Origin: Patescibacteria group bacterium
Lineage (GTDB): Bacteria > Patescibacteriota > Patescibacteriia > Buchananbacterales > UBA6539
DNA: 64,000 nt
Direction: 5' to 3'
Assembly (NCBI GenBank): GCA_028688055.1
Contig: JAQTYZ010000005.1
Span: 8,634-72,633, forward strand
Shown: positions 28,146-38,276 of the stretch, in pieces
Numbering within the stretch: position 1 is the stretch's first letter
Layout: each line of letters opens with the position of its first letter
Program-made: the position numbers and the translations under genes
The notes under the pieces: model-generated
What the model was told of the DNA's origin: nothing
What the model saw: only the letters and a program-made list of their open reading frames with translations
Database searches by the model: none

Positions 28146-29312
28146 ATGATTTTAACGATTGTTACATTTTTTATTGTTTTAGGTATTTTGGTCTTAGTCC
28201 ATGAAGCGGGGCATTTTATGGTGGCCAGAAAAAATGGGGTTAAAGTCGACGAATTTGGTTTAGGTTTGCCACCCAGAATTTTTGGTTTTTATCGTGATGA
28301 AGATAAAAAATGGAAGCTCGTCGGGATGAAGTCAAAATCAACGATTAATACTATTTGGTCACTCAACTGGATTCCGCTTGGTGGCTTTGTAAAAATTAAA
28401 GGCGAAGATGGTGGTGAGACCAGTGATCCCGACAGTTTTGTTAATAAAAATGTTTGGCGCCGAATTTGGGTGGTGTCAGCAGGCGTAACAATGAATATAC
28501 TTTTGGCCATTGTACTATTATCAATCAATTTTACCGTTGGCTCGCCACAACTAATTGATGGCCCGTTGCCCAGTGGCGCTCGGGTCAGTCAAGAGCAAAT
28601 CAGAATTGTTGAAGTTTTGCCCGCGTCACCCGCCGCTACAGCTGGAATAAAATCGGCTGATACTATTATTTCGATTGATGGTAACGCTTATCAAAATATT
28701 GAAGATTTACAAAAGTATATCGAAAGTAAAGTCAGCGAAAATATGGCGGTCAAGCTTGAGCGAGGATCAAGTGAGGTGAATGTTTCGGTGGTGCCAGAAA
28801 TTTTAAAGGAAACTAATCGTGGTGGAATGGGGGTTTCGTTAGTTAAAACAGCCTTAGTGTCATATCCTTGGTATGTCGCGTGGGTCTACGGTACTCGCCA
28901 GGTGTTTGTGATGATGGGAACAATTATTTACGGCTTATTTTTTATCATTAAAAGTTTAGTAATCTCGGGTAAGGTTGTTGGTGAAGTATACGGTCCGGTC
29001 GGCATTGCCGGCTTAGTTGGCGATGCGGCGCGTTTGGGATTTTTGTATGTAATGCAATTAACCGCGTCACTGTCGGTAATTATCGCAGTGATAAATTTTT
29101 TGCCGTTACCGGCGCTTGACGGTGGCCGAGTTTTATTTTTGTTAATTGAGGCCTTAAGAGGTAAACCGGTCAATCAGCGTTTTGAAGCACTAGTCCATAA
29201 TACTGGTTTTGCTTTATTGATGTTGCTAGTCTTGTTTGTAACATTTAATGATGTTTCCCGATTGACTGCTGGCTTTGGCGGATTGTTTCAATCGATATCC
29301 AGGTTGTTTTAA
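28146..29312 (+). CDS. rseP: RIP zinc metalloprotease RseP (site-2 protease)
   Basis: HEAGHFMVAR (HExxH), PDZ domain, NFLPLPALDGG C-terminal motif. Confidence 0.9.
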   Translation: MILTIVTFFIVLGILVLVHEAGHFMVARKNGVKVDEFGLGLPPRIFGFYRDEDKKWKLVGMKSKSTINTIWSLNWIPLGGFVKIKGEDGGETSDPDSFVNKNVWRRIWVVSAGVTMNILLAIVLLSINFTVGSPQLIDGPLPSGARVSQEQIRIVEVLPASPAATAGIKSADTIISIDGNAYQNIEDLQKYIESKVSENMAVKLERGSSEVNVSVVPEILKETNRGGMGVSLVKTALVSYPWYVAWVYGTRQVFVMMGTIIYGLFFIIKSLVISGKVVGEVYGPVGIAGLVGDAARLGFLYVMQLTASLSVIIAVINFLPLPALDGGRVLFLLIEALRGKPVNQRFEALVHNTGFALLMLLVLFVTFNDVSRLTAGFGGLFQSISRLF

Positions 29313-29314
29313 AT

Positions 29315-29683
29315 ATGGAAATAATTTTACCGGTGGGTTTTAGTGAAAATTTGAAACGGTCGATGGGGCGAGCTGGCTACTCTGTTCACTTTGATCAAAG
29401 AAGTGGTAATTCAAGTTATGTCAAAAGATTGTCCCGTGATTTTTATCCGCGCTTTCACGTTTATTTAAAGCAACTGAATAATCAACAAGTGCTTAATTTA
29501 CACTTGGACCAAAAAAAATCCTCTTATGCCGGTACACACGCCCATGGCGGGGAATACGATGGAGAATTAGTTAAAGCTGAAGCCAGTCGTCTTGAACAGC
29601 TATTAGTGGTAGCTGACAGTGGCCGTTTACCTGAAATTACTGTTGAAAGAAAAAGTTTTTGGTCAAATTTATTTAGAAAGTAA
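29315..29683 (+). CDS. hypothetical protein
   Basis: ORF packed between rseP and proS. No recognisable motif. Confidence 0.4.
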   Translation: MEIILPVGFSENLKRSMGRAGYSVHFDQRSGNSSYVKRLSRDFYPRFHVYLKQLNNQQVLNLHLDQKKSSYAGTHAHGGEYDGELVKAEASRLEQLLVVADSGRLPEITVERKSFWSNLFRK

Positions 29684-29694
29684 TTATCATTTTT

Positions 29695-30936
29695 ATGTTG
29701 CAGTCAAAATTATTCGGTAAAACAGTTAAAGAGCCGCCCAAGGACGAAGTTAGTGTCAATGCAATTTTATTGAGTCGTGGTGGTTTCGTTGATAAGTTAA
29801 CCGCCGGAGTTTATACTTATTTACCACTTGGCTTAAGAGTTTTAAGAAAAATTCAGCAAATTGTCCGTGACGAAATGAACGCCATTGAGGGGCAGGAAAT
29901 TTTAATGCCGGCCTTGTTACCAAAAGATAATTGGGTTAAAAGCGGTCGCTGGAGCGATCCGGGTAAAGAAGTAATGTTTCAATTTGAAGGTCGGGCTGGT
30001 AAGGAATTTGGCCTCGGTTGGACTCACGAAGAAATAGTCACGCCGTTAGTCAAAAAATTTACCAGTTCATATAAAGATTTGCCGGTTTATCTTTATCAAA
30101 TTCAGGATAAATTTAGGAATGAGCCAAGGGCGAAATCTGGTTTGATGCGTGGCCTTGAATTTTCAATGAAGGATTTATATAGTTTTCATCGTGATGCTGA
30201 CGACTTGGCCAAGTATTATCAAGAAGCTTTAGCGGCTTATCAAAAAATATTTTTACGCTGCGGGTTGGAGGCGTTGGTCACCGAAGCGTCGGGTGGTTCT
30301 TTTTCAAAATATTCACATGAGTTTCAGGTTTTAACTGAATTTGGTGAAGATACCATTTTTTATTGTGCTAGCTGTCATTATGCCCAGAACAAAGAAGTCG
30401 CTGAGATTAAGGGCGGTGATAACTGCCCCAAGTGTGGTGGTAACATTTTAGAAGGCAAAGCAATTGAGGTTGGCAACATTTTTTCGCTCAAGACGAAATA
30501 TTCTGAGCCTTTTAATCTTGAATATACTGATGTTGACGGTAAGGTTAAACCGGTGATGATGGGATGTTATGGTATTGGCCCAAGCCGGGTCATGGGTTCA
30601 ATTGTTGAAATTCATCATGATGATAAGGGAATTATTTGGCCTGCCAGCGTGGCGCCATTTGCTGTCCATTTACTTCAAATTGGTACCGACGAACCGGTTG
30701 CGGCGAAAGCTAAAAAGATATATAATGAATTGCTGGAGGCTGGAGTAGACGTGCTTTTTGATGACCGCTCCGAAGCTAGCGCCGGACAAAAGTTCGCCGA
30801 TGCTGATTTAATTGGTATTCCTCTAAGATTAGTAATATCAGTTAAGGCTGGAGATAAAATTGAAGTTAAGAAAAGAAGCGAAGCAAAAATTGAGCTAATG
30901 ACTTTAGCGCAAGTAAAAAAAATTATTAATGTTTAA
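29695..30936 (+). CDS. proS: prolyl-tRNA synthetase, short form lacking the INS editing domain, with an internal CxxC..CxxC cluster
   Basis: Class II motifs and ProRS N-terminus (LTAGVYTYLPLGLRVLRKI). CASCHYAQNKEVAEIKGGDNCPKCGG lies where the editing insertion sits in long ProRS. 413 aa. Confidence 0.85.
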   Translation: MLQSKLFGKTVKEPPKDEVSVNAILLSRGGFVDKLTAGVYTYLPLGLRVLRKIQQIVRDEMNAIEGQEILMPALLPKDNWVKSGRWSDPGKEVMFQFEGRAGKEFGLGWTHEEIVTPLVKKFTSSYKDLPVYLYQIQDKFRNEPRAKSGLMRGLEFSMKDLYSFHRDADDLAKYYQEALAAYQKIFLRCGLEALVTEASGGSFSKYSHEFQVLTEFGEDTIFYCASCHYAQNKEVAEIKGGDNCPKCGGNILEGKAIEVGNIFSLKTKYSEPFNLEYTDVDGKVKPVMMGCYGIGPSRVMGSIVEIHHDDKGIIWPASVAPFAVHLLQIGTDEPVAAKAKKIYNELLEAGVDVLFDDRSEASAGQKFADADLIGIPLRLVISVKAGDKIEVKKRSEAKIELMTLAQVKKIINV

Positions 30937-31990
30937 TCGATTATTCAAAAAATTCTCTAAAGATGTCGGTATTGATTTGGGTACATCCAATACGTTGATT
31001 TACGTTAAGGATCGTGGCATTGTTGTCAATGAAGCATCAATTGTGGCGATTAATAACCGTAATGATCAGATTTTGGCTGTCGGCGAAGAAGCGCAAAAAA
31101 TGGTTGGTAAAACGCCGCCCCACATTACAATTTCCAAACCATTGGTTGATGGAATTATTTCTGATTTTGAAGTAACGGAAAAAATGTTGAAATATTTTAT
31201 TGATCGGATTTATCAAGAAAGTTTTGGTTTATCGGCCCGACCGCGGGTTGTGATTGGGGTGCCTTTAGACGTTACGGAAGTTGAAAAAAAGGCGGTCGAA
31301 GACGTGGTATTATCAGCCGGCGCGCGCGATGTATATTTAGTCGAAAATGTGATTGCTACTGCCATTGGTGCGAGATTACCGATTCAGGATCCGTCGGGTA
31401 ATATGATTGTCGACTTTGGTGGCGGCTTGACCGAAATTGCCGTTATTTCACTCTCTGGCGTTGTCGCGTGGAAATCATTAAGAATTGCTGGCAATAAATT
31501 AAATCAAGATATTGTTCAATTTGCGCGTAGTGAATTTAATTTGTTGATCGGCGAAATGGTCGCCGAAGAAATAAAAATTAAGGCTGGGCGCGCGATTGAG
31601 GCTGGCGAGGAAAACGCCGAGTTAAAAATGCGTGGTCGCGATTTACTTACTGGTTTACCAAAGGAAGTTTCCATTAGCGGTTCGCAGGTTCAGCTCGCCA
31701 TTCAGCGTTCCGTCGCCGCGATTGTTGAAGGTATTAAAAGTACCCTGGAGATTACGCCGCCTGAGCTAGTGGCCGATATCTATCAGCGCGGAATGATTTT
31801 AGCCGGTGGTGGCGCTTTGCTAACTGATATTGATAAAATTATTGCCAAAGCAACGAAAATTCCAGTCAAGGTGATTGAAGATTCGTTGACTTGTTCCGTT
31901 CGAGGTATGGGCTTAATTTTAGAAGATGAAAATTTGCTTCGGGAGGTAGCTATTCCGTCGTCAACTAAAGAGGATAACAATTCACGCTAA
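30929..31990 (+). CDS. mreB: rod shape-determining protein MreB
   Basis: VGIDLGTSNTLIYV. Followed by mreC, mreD and mrdA. Confidence 0.9.
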   Translation: MFNRLFKKFSKDVGIDLGTSNTLIYVKDRGIVVNEASIVAINNRNDQILAVGEEAQKMVGKTPPHITISKPLVDGIISDFEVTEKMLKYFIDRIYQESFGLSARPRVVIGVPLDVTEVEKKAVEDVVLSAGARDVYLVENVIATAIGARLPIQDPSGNMIVDFGGGLTEIAVISLSGVVAWKSLRIAGNKLNQDIVQFARSEFNLLIGEMVAEEIKIKAGRAIEAGEENAELKMRGRDLLTGLPKEVSISGSQVQLAIQRSVAAIVEGIKSTLEITPPELVADIYQRGMILAGGGALLTDIDKIIAKATKIPVKVIEDSLTCSVRGMGLILEDENLLREVAIPSSTKEDNNSR

Positions 31991-31996
31991 AATCTA

Positions 31997-32812
31997 ATGT
32001 TTAGGTTTTTACGATCAATCAGTCGTTCGGTAATTTATTTAGCAGCTGTCATTCTGCTAATTTTTTTGCATTATATTGGTATTTTAAAACCGCTTGAGGA
32101 TTTTGCCATTTTTTTACTAACCCCAATCCAGGCTAGTGTTTATCGGTTAGGTGGCGGTATTAATCAGCTTTATACGGGTTTCCCCGGCCGGCAGGATTTA
32201 GCAAAAGAAAATTCTAGCTTGACGGAGCAGGTAAATAAGTTAATAGTTGAGAATTCGCAGCTCAAAATGATGATCGAGCTAAATAGTGAGGTATCAGTCC
32301 AGCAAAAATTTCTTGAACACTCTGGTTTAAAAGCGATAACGGCGACAATCATCGGACGAAATCCTGAACCGAATTTGCAATCAATTATTATTGACAAGGG
32401 TAGTAATGACGGAATAAAACCGGACTTGCCATTAATTACCGCTGATGGTGTTATGGTTGGTAAGATTTTAAAAGTTAAGGGAAACAGTTCCGAAGCAATT
32501 TTAGTTAATGATTCTCGCAGTAGAATCGCGGCGGTAGTACAAAACGAAGCTGGCAGTAAGGGGGCGGTTATCGGCGAACACGGCTTGAGTCTAAAAATGG
32601 AGTTAATTCCTCAAAATGATAAAGTGAGCGAAGGTGATGTTGCAATTACCTCAGGTATTGAACCAAATATACCGCGAGGATTGGTTATTGGCACAGTCAG
32701 TCGAGTAATTACTGAAGCCAATGGTTTCTTTCAGACAGCGCTCCTTCAGTCACCAGTAAAAATTAATAATCTTATTGTCGTTTCGATTGTCACCAATACT
32801 TATGATAATTAG
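31997..32812 (+). CDS. mreC: rod shape-determining protein MreC
   Basis: N-terminal TM, coiled coil (LTEQVNKLIVENSQLK) and beta-rich C-terminal domain. Operon position. Confidence 0.8.
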   Translation: MFRFLRSISRSVIYLAAVILLIFLHYIGILKPLEDFAIFLLTPIQASVYRLGGGINQLYTGFPGRQDLAKENSSLTEQVNKLIVENSQLKMMIELNSEVSVQQKFLEHSGLKAITATIIGRNPEPNLQSIIIDKGSNDGIKPDLPLITADGVMVGKILKVKGNSSEAILVNDSRSRIAAVVQNEAGSKGAVIGEHGLSLKMELIPQNDKVSEGDVAITSGIEPNIPRGLVIGTVSRVITEANGFFQTALLQSPVKINNLIVVSIVTNTYDN

Positions 32813-33326
32813 TGCGCTGGTCACGACCTTGGGAATTATTTTGATTGGCATAATCCAAGTCAGTTTTTTAACTACCTGGCCAGCGCCTGTTAGCAGTTTG
32901 AATATTATTTTAACGCTCGTAATTTTTTTGGCAGTAATTGTGAACTATAACAAAAGTTTAATCTGGGCTTTTGGGGGAGCTTTATTTTTAGAGCTATACT
33001 CTGGTCAGCAATTTGGGGTAACCAGTATCAGCTTAGTTTTGACAGTCATCATTATTAATTTTTTATTTTCTAACGTTTTTACAAATCGTTCCTATTACTC
33101 ATTAATGATTTTAGGCTATTTAGGCACGATGATCTACAATTTGCTTATTATTATTACGGGGTTATTGATTTTTCAAGCGGCCATCAAAGATATGATAACA
33201 TCCTCGGGATTAATCTTTTTGTTTGTTTGGCAGCCAATATTTAATTTGATAATTTTAACGGTTGTTTTCTTTACGTATTATTTATCAACCGGACGATTAA
33301 AAAATTTCTTTTTATTTAGAGATTAA
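32775..33326 (+). CDS. mreD: rod shape-determining protein MreD-like polytopic membrane protein
   Basis: Small all-TM protein between mreC and PBP2. Start uncertain (may be the downstream MIISALV). Confidence 0.5.
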   Translation: MSFRLSPILMIISALVTTLGIILIGIIQVSFLTTWPAPVSSLNIILTLVIFLAVIVNYNKSLIWAFGGALFLELYSGQQFGVTSISLVLTVIIINFLFSNVFTNRSYYSLMILGYLGTMIYNLLIIITGLLIFQAAIKDMITSSGLIFLFVWQPIFNLIILTVVFFTYYLSTGRLKNFFLFRD

Positions 33327-33327
33327 G

Positions 33328-35292
33328 ATGAAATTCACCGCCGACGACAATCCCTTTGAAATATTATCAGCTTCAAAATTTAACGGCTACTCAGTCGGCC
33401 GCCGATATCGCGGCCGTTCAAAGGAAGTTGATCTTTTTTCGGGTTCAAGTAATCCAGGGAAAAAGATTAGTTCGTTAGCCCCGGTAACAAATTTAAATAT
33501 TATAACCATTTGGTCCGTTGTTCTCTTTTTTGGGCTGGTGATACTTGCCAGTCGAACTGCCTACTTGCAATTATTTAGAGGCTCATATTTTAGCAGTGTG
33601 GCTGAAGGAAATCGAATTAGAATTAATGACCTCAAGGCTCAGCGAGGCATTATCTATGATGCTAATCGAGTTTTGCTAGTTGAAAATGTCCCCAGTAAAT
33701 CATTGGCGATTATTCCTGTTGATTTGCCTAAGGTGGATAGCAATTTACATAATTTAGCCACGGAAATTTCGAATATTATTAATAAGCCAGTTAATGAGCT
33801 TTTGGATATGATGAAAGCTCAGTCGCCCTATTCTTATCAGCCGGTTATCATCCAGGAAAATTTAACTGATGATCAGGCGATTCTGGTTCGAATCTTAAGT
33901 GGGAAGTTTACCGGTATTACGCTGAGAACTAATAATACTAGACATTATTTAGAAACTACCCAAGATGAAAGTTTGTCTCACATTCTTGGCTATGAAGGAA
34001 AAATTAATCCTGATATCCTGGATGAGTATTTAGCCAAAGGTTATCTAATTGATGATTACATTGGTAAGGCTGGTGTTGAGATGAGTTATGAGAATCTACT
34101 CAAGGGAAGTAACGGCCGGGAGCAGGTTGAAGTTGATGCCGTGGGTGAAACAAAAGAACTGTTGGCATCAGACAAACCGCAGTCTGGAAAAAATTTAGTT
34201 TTGACCATTGATTCTGAATTGCAGCAGGTTGCTGAAGATAGTTTAAAAAAGGCGCTGAAAAGTGCCGACAAGAAAAAAGGCACGGTCATTGTTATGAACC
34301 CGAATAATGGCGCGCTATTGGCAATGGTTAGTTTGCCGGCCTATGATAATAATTTATTTAGTAAAGGGATTGATCAAAACACTTTTTCTCAGCTTATTAA
34401 TGATCCAAATCAGCCACTTTTTTCCAGGGCCATCAGCGGCCAGTATCCTTCCGGATCAACCATCAAAATGATTATGGGTGCGGCTGCTTTGCAGGAAGGT
34501 GTTATTAATGAAAGTACTACTTTTAACAGTGTTGGCGGTATTAGAGTTGGGCAGTGGTTTTTTCCCGATTGGAAAGCTGGCGGTCATGGCCTGACCAATA
34601 TTATTAAGGCACTAGCTGAATCAGTTAACACTTTTTTTTATATTATTGGCGGCGGTTATAATGATTTTACCGGATTGGGAATTGAAAAAATGAAAGAATA
34701 TGCCGAAAAGTTCAATCTTAATAAGCCGTTGGGTATTGATTTGCCGAACGAGGCTAGCGGTTTTTATCCGGATCCAGTTTGGAAGGAAAAAACTAAAAAT
34801 GAGCAGTGGTATATTGGCGACACCTATCATGCCGCTATTGGGCAGGGTGATGTTTTGGTAACGCCATTGCAAGTTGCTGAATATACCTCTTTTTTTGCAA
34901 ATGGCGGTACCTTGTACCAGCCTCATGTCTTGGGTTCGATTTTAGATTCAGACAATAAGTTGGTTCGAAGTTTTGAGACAAAAGTATTAGGAAATAATTT
35001 TATTAGTTCAAAAAATATTGATATAATCCGTCGCGGATTAAGACAAGGAGTATTGGCGGGAAGTTCAAAGCGATTAGGTACTTTGCCATTTACGGTGGCT
35101 TCAAAAACCGGTACCGCCGAATTTGCGGACGCTAAAGAACCCCACGCGTGGATGACCGCATTTGCGCCTTATGAAAAATCGCAAATTGTGGTGACTGTTT
35201 TAGTTGAAGAAGGGGTTGAGGGAAGTACTGTAGCAGTTCCCGTGGCCTATGATATATTAAATTGGTGGGGCCAAAATCGTTATCAAGAATAG
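33328..35292 (+). CDS. mrdA: penicillin-binding protein 2 (class B transpeptidase)
   Basis: STIK (SxxK), SxN and KTGTAE motifs, N-terminal TM and dimerisation domain. Confidence 0.9.
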   Translation: MKFTADDNPFEILSASKFNGYSVGRRYRGRSKEVDLFSGSSNPGKKISSLAPVTNLNIITIWSVVLFFGLVILASRTAYLQLFRGSYFSSVAEGNRIRINDLKAQRGIIYDANRVLLVENVPSKSLAIIPVDLPKVDSNLHNLATEISNIINKPVNELLDMMKAQSPYSYQPVIIQENLTDDQAILVRILSGKFTGITLRTNNTRHYLETTQDESLSHILGYEGKINPDILDEYLAKGYLIDDYIGKAGVEMSYENLLKGSNGREQVEVDAVGETKELLASDKPQSGKNLVLTIDSELQQVAEDSLKKALKSADKKKGTVIVMNPNNGALLAMVSLPAYDNNLFSKGIDQNTFSQLINDPNQPLFSRAISGQYPSGSTIKMIMGAAALQEGVINESTTFNSVGGIRVGQWFFPDWKAGGHGLTNIIKALAESVNTFFYIIGGGYNDFTGLGIEKMKEYAEKFNLNKPLGIDLPNEASGFYPDPVWKEKTKNEQWYIGDTYHAAIGQGDVLVTPLQVAEYTSFFANGGTLYQPHVLGSILDSDNKLVRSFETKVLGNNFISSKNIDIIRRGLRQGVLAGSSKRLGTLPFTVASKTGTAEFADAKEPHAWMTAFAPYEKSQIVVTVLVEEGVEGSTVAVPVAYDILNWWGQNRYQE

Positions 35293-35528
35293 TTGTTATT
35301 CAAATTTTGAGCGGTTGGTGATATAGTGTCAATTCAGGTATTATTTAAAGTTAGGGGAAAAAGTAGGATTTTATTGCTAATTTTAGCTAATATTGACTAT
35401 CTAAATGGTGATGTGGATAATTAATTTTTAGTCTATTGACAAACAATGGTATTAAGATTAAACTAATTTTTAATGTCTGGTAATAATACAGTAAATTCTG
35501 TATTTTTTATATAAATCAAAATTAAAAT

Positions 35529-35987
35529 ATGGGAACAAATTATATTACGCCGAATGGTTTAGAAAAACTCAAGGAAGAAATGGAGCATTTGAAAAAAGTA
35601 AAAATGCCGGAAATTATTGAGCGGATTTCACGGGCTAAAGAATTAGGTGATTTGTCGGAGAATGCTGAGTATCATGACGCCAAGGATGAACAGGGTTTTA
35701 TCGCCGGTCGCATTATCGAAATTGAAAATTTAATTAACAAGTCAATTGTTATTCAAGAGAGTAATAATCATGACACGGTTAATATCGGTTCGACGATTAA
35801 AGTTAAGTGTGGTGATAATAAATTTCAGTATACTATCGTTGGTTCGAATGAATCTGACCCAACTAAAGGTTTTATCTCAAATGAATCGCCGCTGGGTCGA
35901 GCATTTTTGGGCCATAATAAGGGTGAAAAAGTAAAGGTGATTGTGCCAAAAGGTGAAATGGAATGTGAAATATTAGAGATTAGCTAG
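35529..35987 (+). CDS. greA: transcription elongation factor GreA
   Basis: ELGDLSENAEYHDAKDEQGFIAGRIIEIE coiled-coil tip, FKBP-like C-terminal domain. Confidence 0.9.
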   Translation: MGTNYITPNGLEKLKEEMEHLKKVKMPEIIERISRAKELGDLSENAEYHDAKDEQGFIAGRIIEIENLINKSIVIQESNNHDTVNIGSTIKVKCGDNKFQYTIVGSNESDPTKGFISNESPLGRAFLGHNKGEKVKVIVPKGEMECEILEIS

Positions 35988-36000
35988 AAACCAATTTATT

Positions 36001-36030
36001 AAAGAGCCTCCTCGTGGAGGCTCTTTTTTG
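36001..36030 (+). terminator. rho-independent terminator (agagcctcc-tcgt-ggaggctct + T-run)
   Basis: Perfect 9-bp stem immediately after greA. Confidence 0.8.
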
Positions 36031-36365
36031 TTAAGTTAAAGGCGGCAATAAATGACGATTTCTCGACTCATTATACTCTCCAAAGCGGAGTCGCTTGATG
36101 GCGACTCAGCGTGTGTTCTGCGGTTGAAGGTTCAGCGCTTGGGCATTTCTTAAAAAAAGTAATCAGCTAAATGGTTAAATTTGTTGGCTATTAATTTAGC
36201 CAAATTTATCCGCAAGTATTAGCTTATTACCAGGCGAAGGTCCCAGCGGTTTGTGTTTTGGTACGAACAAAATATTATAAAATATAAAGTTAACAATGTC
36301 AATAGCACTAGAAGCTGGTTGATTGACCATAGTGCTATTTTTTAGTAAAATAACTCTATAAATTA

Positions 36366-37853
36366 TTGTTATATATGCCAAAAATTATTCTCGACGAATT
36401 CAAAAATCGATCGGCTAAGTTAAAGTCTATTTCCGAAATGGGTATAAACCCGTATCCCGACCAATTTGACAAGGAAATAAGTGTCGCCGAGTCAGTCAAA
36501 CTAAAACTTGGCGATAAAGTCAAGATTGCTGGAAGAATGTTGACGCTACGAGACTTGGGTAAGATAATTTTTTGTCACCTGCTCGACAGTACCGGCAAAA
36601 TTCAATTAGTAGTTAAGGAAGATATTGTTGGTAAAGATAAAATTAAATTATTTTCTAAAATCTTTGATGCTGGTGATTTTATTGGTGTTGAAGGGGAACT
36701 ATTCAAAACTGAACGGGGTGAGATTTCGGTGCTGGTAAAAAAATATACTTTGCTAAGTAAAGCATTAAGACCGTTGCCGGAAAAATGGCACGGCTTGAAA
36801 GATCAGGAATTAATTTACCGCCAACGATATTTGGATTTAATTTCTAATCCAGAGTCGTACCAAAGATTTTTATTTCGCAGCAAATTTATTAAACTGCTGC
36901 GAGAATTCTACTGGTGTCATGGTTTTGTTGAAGTTGAGACGCCAATTTTAGCTAATAACGCTTCAGGGGCTTTAGCTAAACCATTTAAGACTCATTATAA
37001 TGCTTTAGACCTTGACGTTTATCTGCGAATTGCCATCGAGACGTATCTTAAAGAGTGTCTGGTCGGCGGTTTTGAAAAGGTTTTTGAAATTGGTAAAGTC
37101 TTTCGCAATGAAGGAATGGATCCGTCACATCTGCAGGAATTTACTGGCGTTGAACATTACGTCGCTTATTGGAACTTTGAGGATAATATGAAATTTACCG
37201 AGGAGATGTTTACATTTTTACTTGAAAAATTATTTGGCAGCTTAAAAATAAAAATTAAAAACCGTGACGGCAAAGAAATTGAAGTTGATTTTACGCCACC
37301 TTGGCCGAAGGTCAGTTTTGCGCAGTTGATTAAAAAAGATTCCGGAATTGATATTGATAAATGTCCGACGGTTGAGGCGTTGCGCCAAGAAATTAAAGCT
37401 AAAAAAATTAAAATTGATGATGCGTCAAAACTCGGTCGTGGTAATTTAATTGATGCGCTTTATAAAGAGGTTTCTCGAAATAAAATTATTAAGCCTACTT
37501 TTGTCATTAATCATCCCATTGACATTTCACCGCTAGCAAGACGAAATGATGATAATCCGGAAATTGTTGATCGGTTTCAGTTGTTAGTTAATACCTGGGA
37601 AGTTGTTAACGCATATTCTGAGTTAGTTGATCCCGTTGACCAAAAGCAGCGTTTTGAACATCAGGCCAAAGTTAAGTCAGCCGGTGACATGGAGGCTCAC
37701 GGTAAAGACGATGAATACGTTAAGGCGCTTGAACATGGGGCGCCACCGATTTCCGGCTGGGGTATGGGTATTGATCGAATGTTGGCATTATTATGTAAAC
37801 AAGATAATTTAAGAGACGTAGTATTATTTCCATTACTGCGTCCGGAAAAATAA
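36366..37853 (+). CDS. lysS: lysyl-tRNA synthetase, class II
   Basis: OB-fold anticodon-binding N-terminus, class II motifs 1-3, ~495 aa. Start may be the second ATG (MPKII). Confidence 0.95.
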   Translation: MLYMPKIILDEFKNRSAKLKSISEMGINPYPDQFDKEISVAESVKLKLGDKVKIAGRMLTLRDLGKIIFCHLLDSTGKIQLVVKEDIVGKDKIKLFSKIFDAGDFIGVEGELFKTERGEISVLVKKYTLLSKALRPLPEKWHGLKDQELIYRQRYLDLISNPESYQRFLFRSKFIKLLREFYWCHGFVEVETPILANNASGALAKPFKTHYNALDLDVYLRIAIETYLKECLVGGFEKVFEIGKVFRNEGMDPSHLQEFTGVEHYVAYWNFEDNMKFTEEMFTFLLEKLFGSLKIKIKNRDGKEIEVDFTPPWPKVSFAQLIKKDSGIDIDKCPTVEALRQEIKAKKIKIDDASKLGRGNLIDALYKEVSRNKIIKPTFVINHPIDISPLARRNDDNPEIVDRFQLLVNTWEVVNAYSELVDPVDQKQRFEHQAKVKSAGDMEAHGKDDEYVKALEHGAPPISGWGMGIDRMLALLCKQDNLRDVVLFPLLRPEK

Positions 37854-37857
37854 AAAT

Positions 37858-38274
37858 ATGTTACCACTTTCAACTATTTTTTTTAGATTGCTCATCGCCG
37901 CGGTTTTGTCTGGTTTGGTTGGAATTGAGCGTGAATTACGCCACAAGGAAGCTGGTTTGAGAACCAATATTTTAGTTGGCTTAGGCTCGGCTTTAATAAT
38001 GTTAGTCTCGATTGTTTTTGAAGCCGATCAGGCTAAGATTGCCTCCGGCGTTATTACTGGCATTGGTTTTTTGGGAGCCGGTTTAATTATCCACGGGCAA
38101 GGACATATTAAGGGAGTAACCACGGCGGCCACGATTTGGATTGTTTCATCAATCGGCTTGGCTTGTGGAATTGGTTATTACTCAGCGGCCGCGTTGGCGA
38201 CAATTATTGCGCTATTTGTGTTATATTTTTTTGGTAATGAAAAGGTTAGAGAAGCTGCTAAACTAAACGATTAA
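37858..38274 (+). CDS. mgtC: MgtC/SapB family membrane protein
   Basis: AAVLSGLVGIERELRHKEAGLRTNILVGLGSAL matches the MgtC N-terminal domain. Confidence 0.8.
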   Translation: MLPLSTIFFRLLIAAVLSGLVGIERELRHKEAGLRTNILVGLGSALIMLVSIVFEADQAKIASGVITGIGFLGAGLIIHGQGHIKGVTTAATIWIVSSIGLACGIGYYSAAALATIIALFVLYFFGNEKVREAAKLND

Positions 38275-38276
38275 CG

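Noticed and set aside
36031-36365. T-box riboswitch upstream of lysS, and similarly upstream of gltX at 49032-49418
   Set aside because: The conserved T-box sequence AAnnnGGGTGGnACCGCG, or its complement, was searched for by eye and not found. Only generic hairpins are present.
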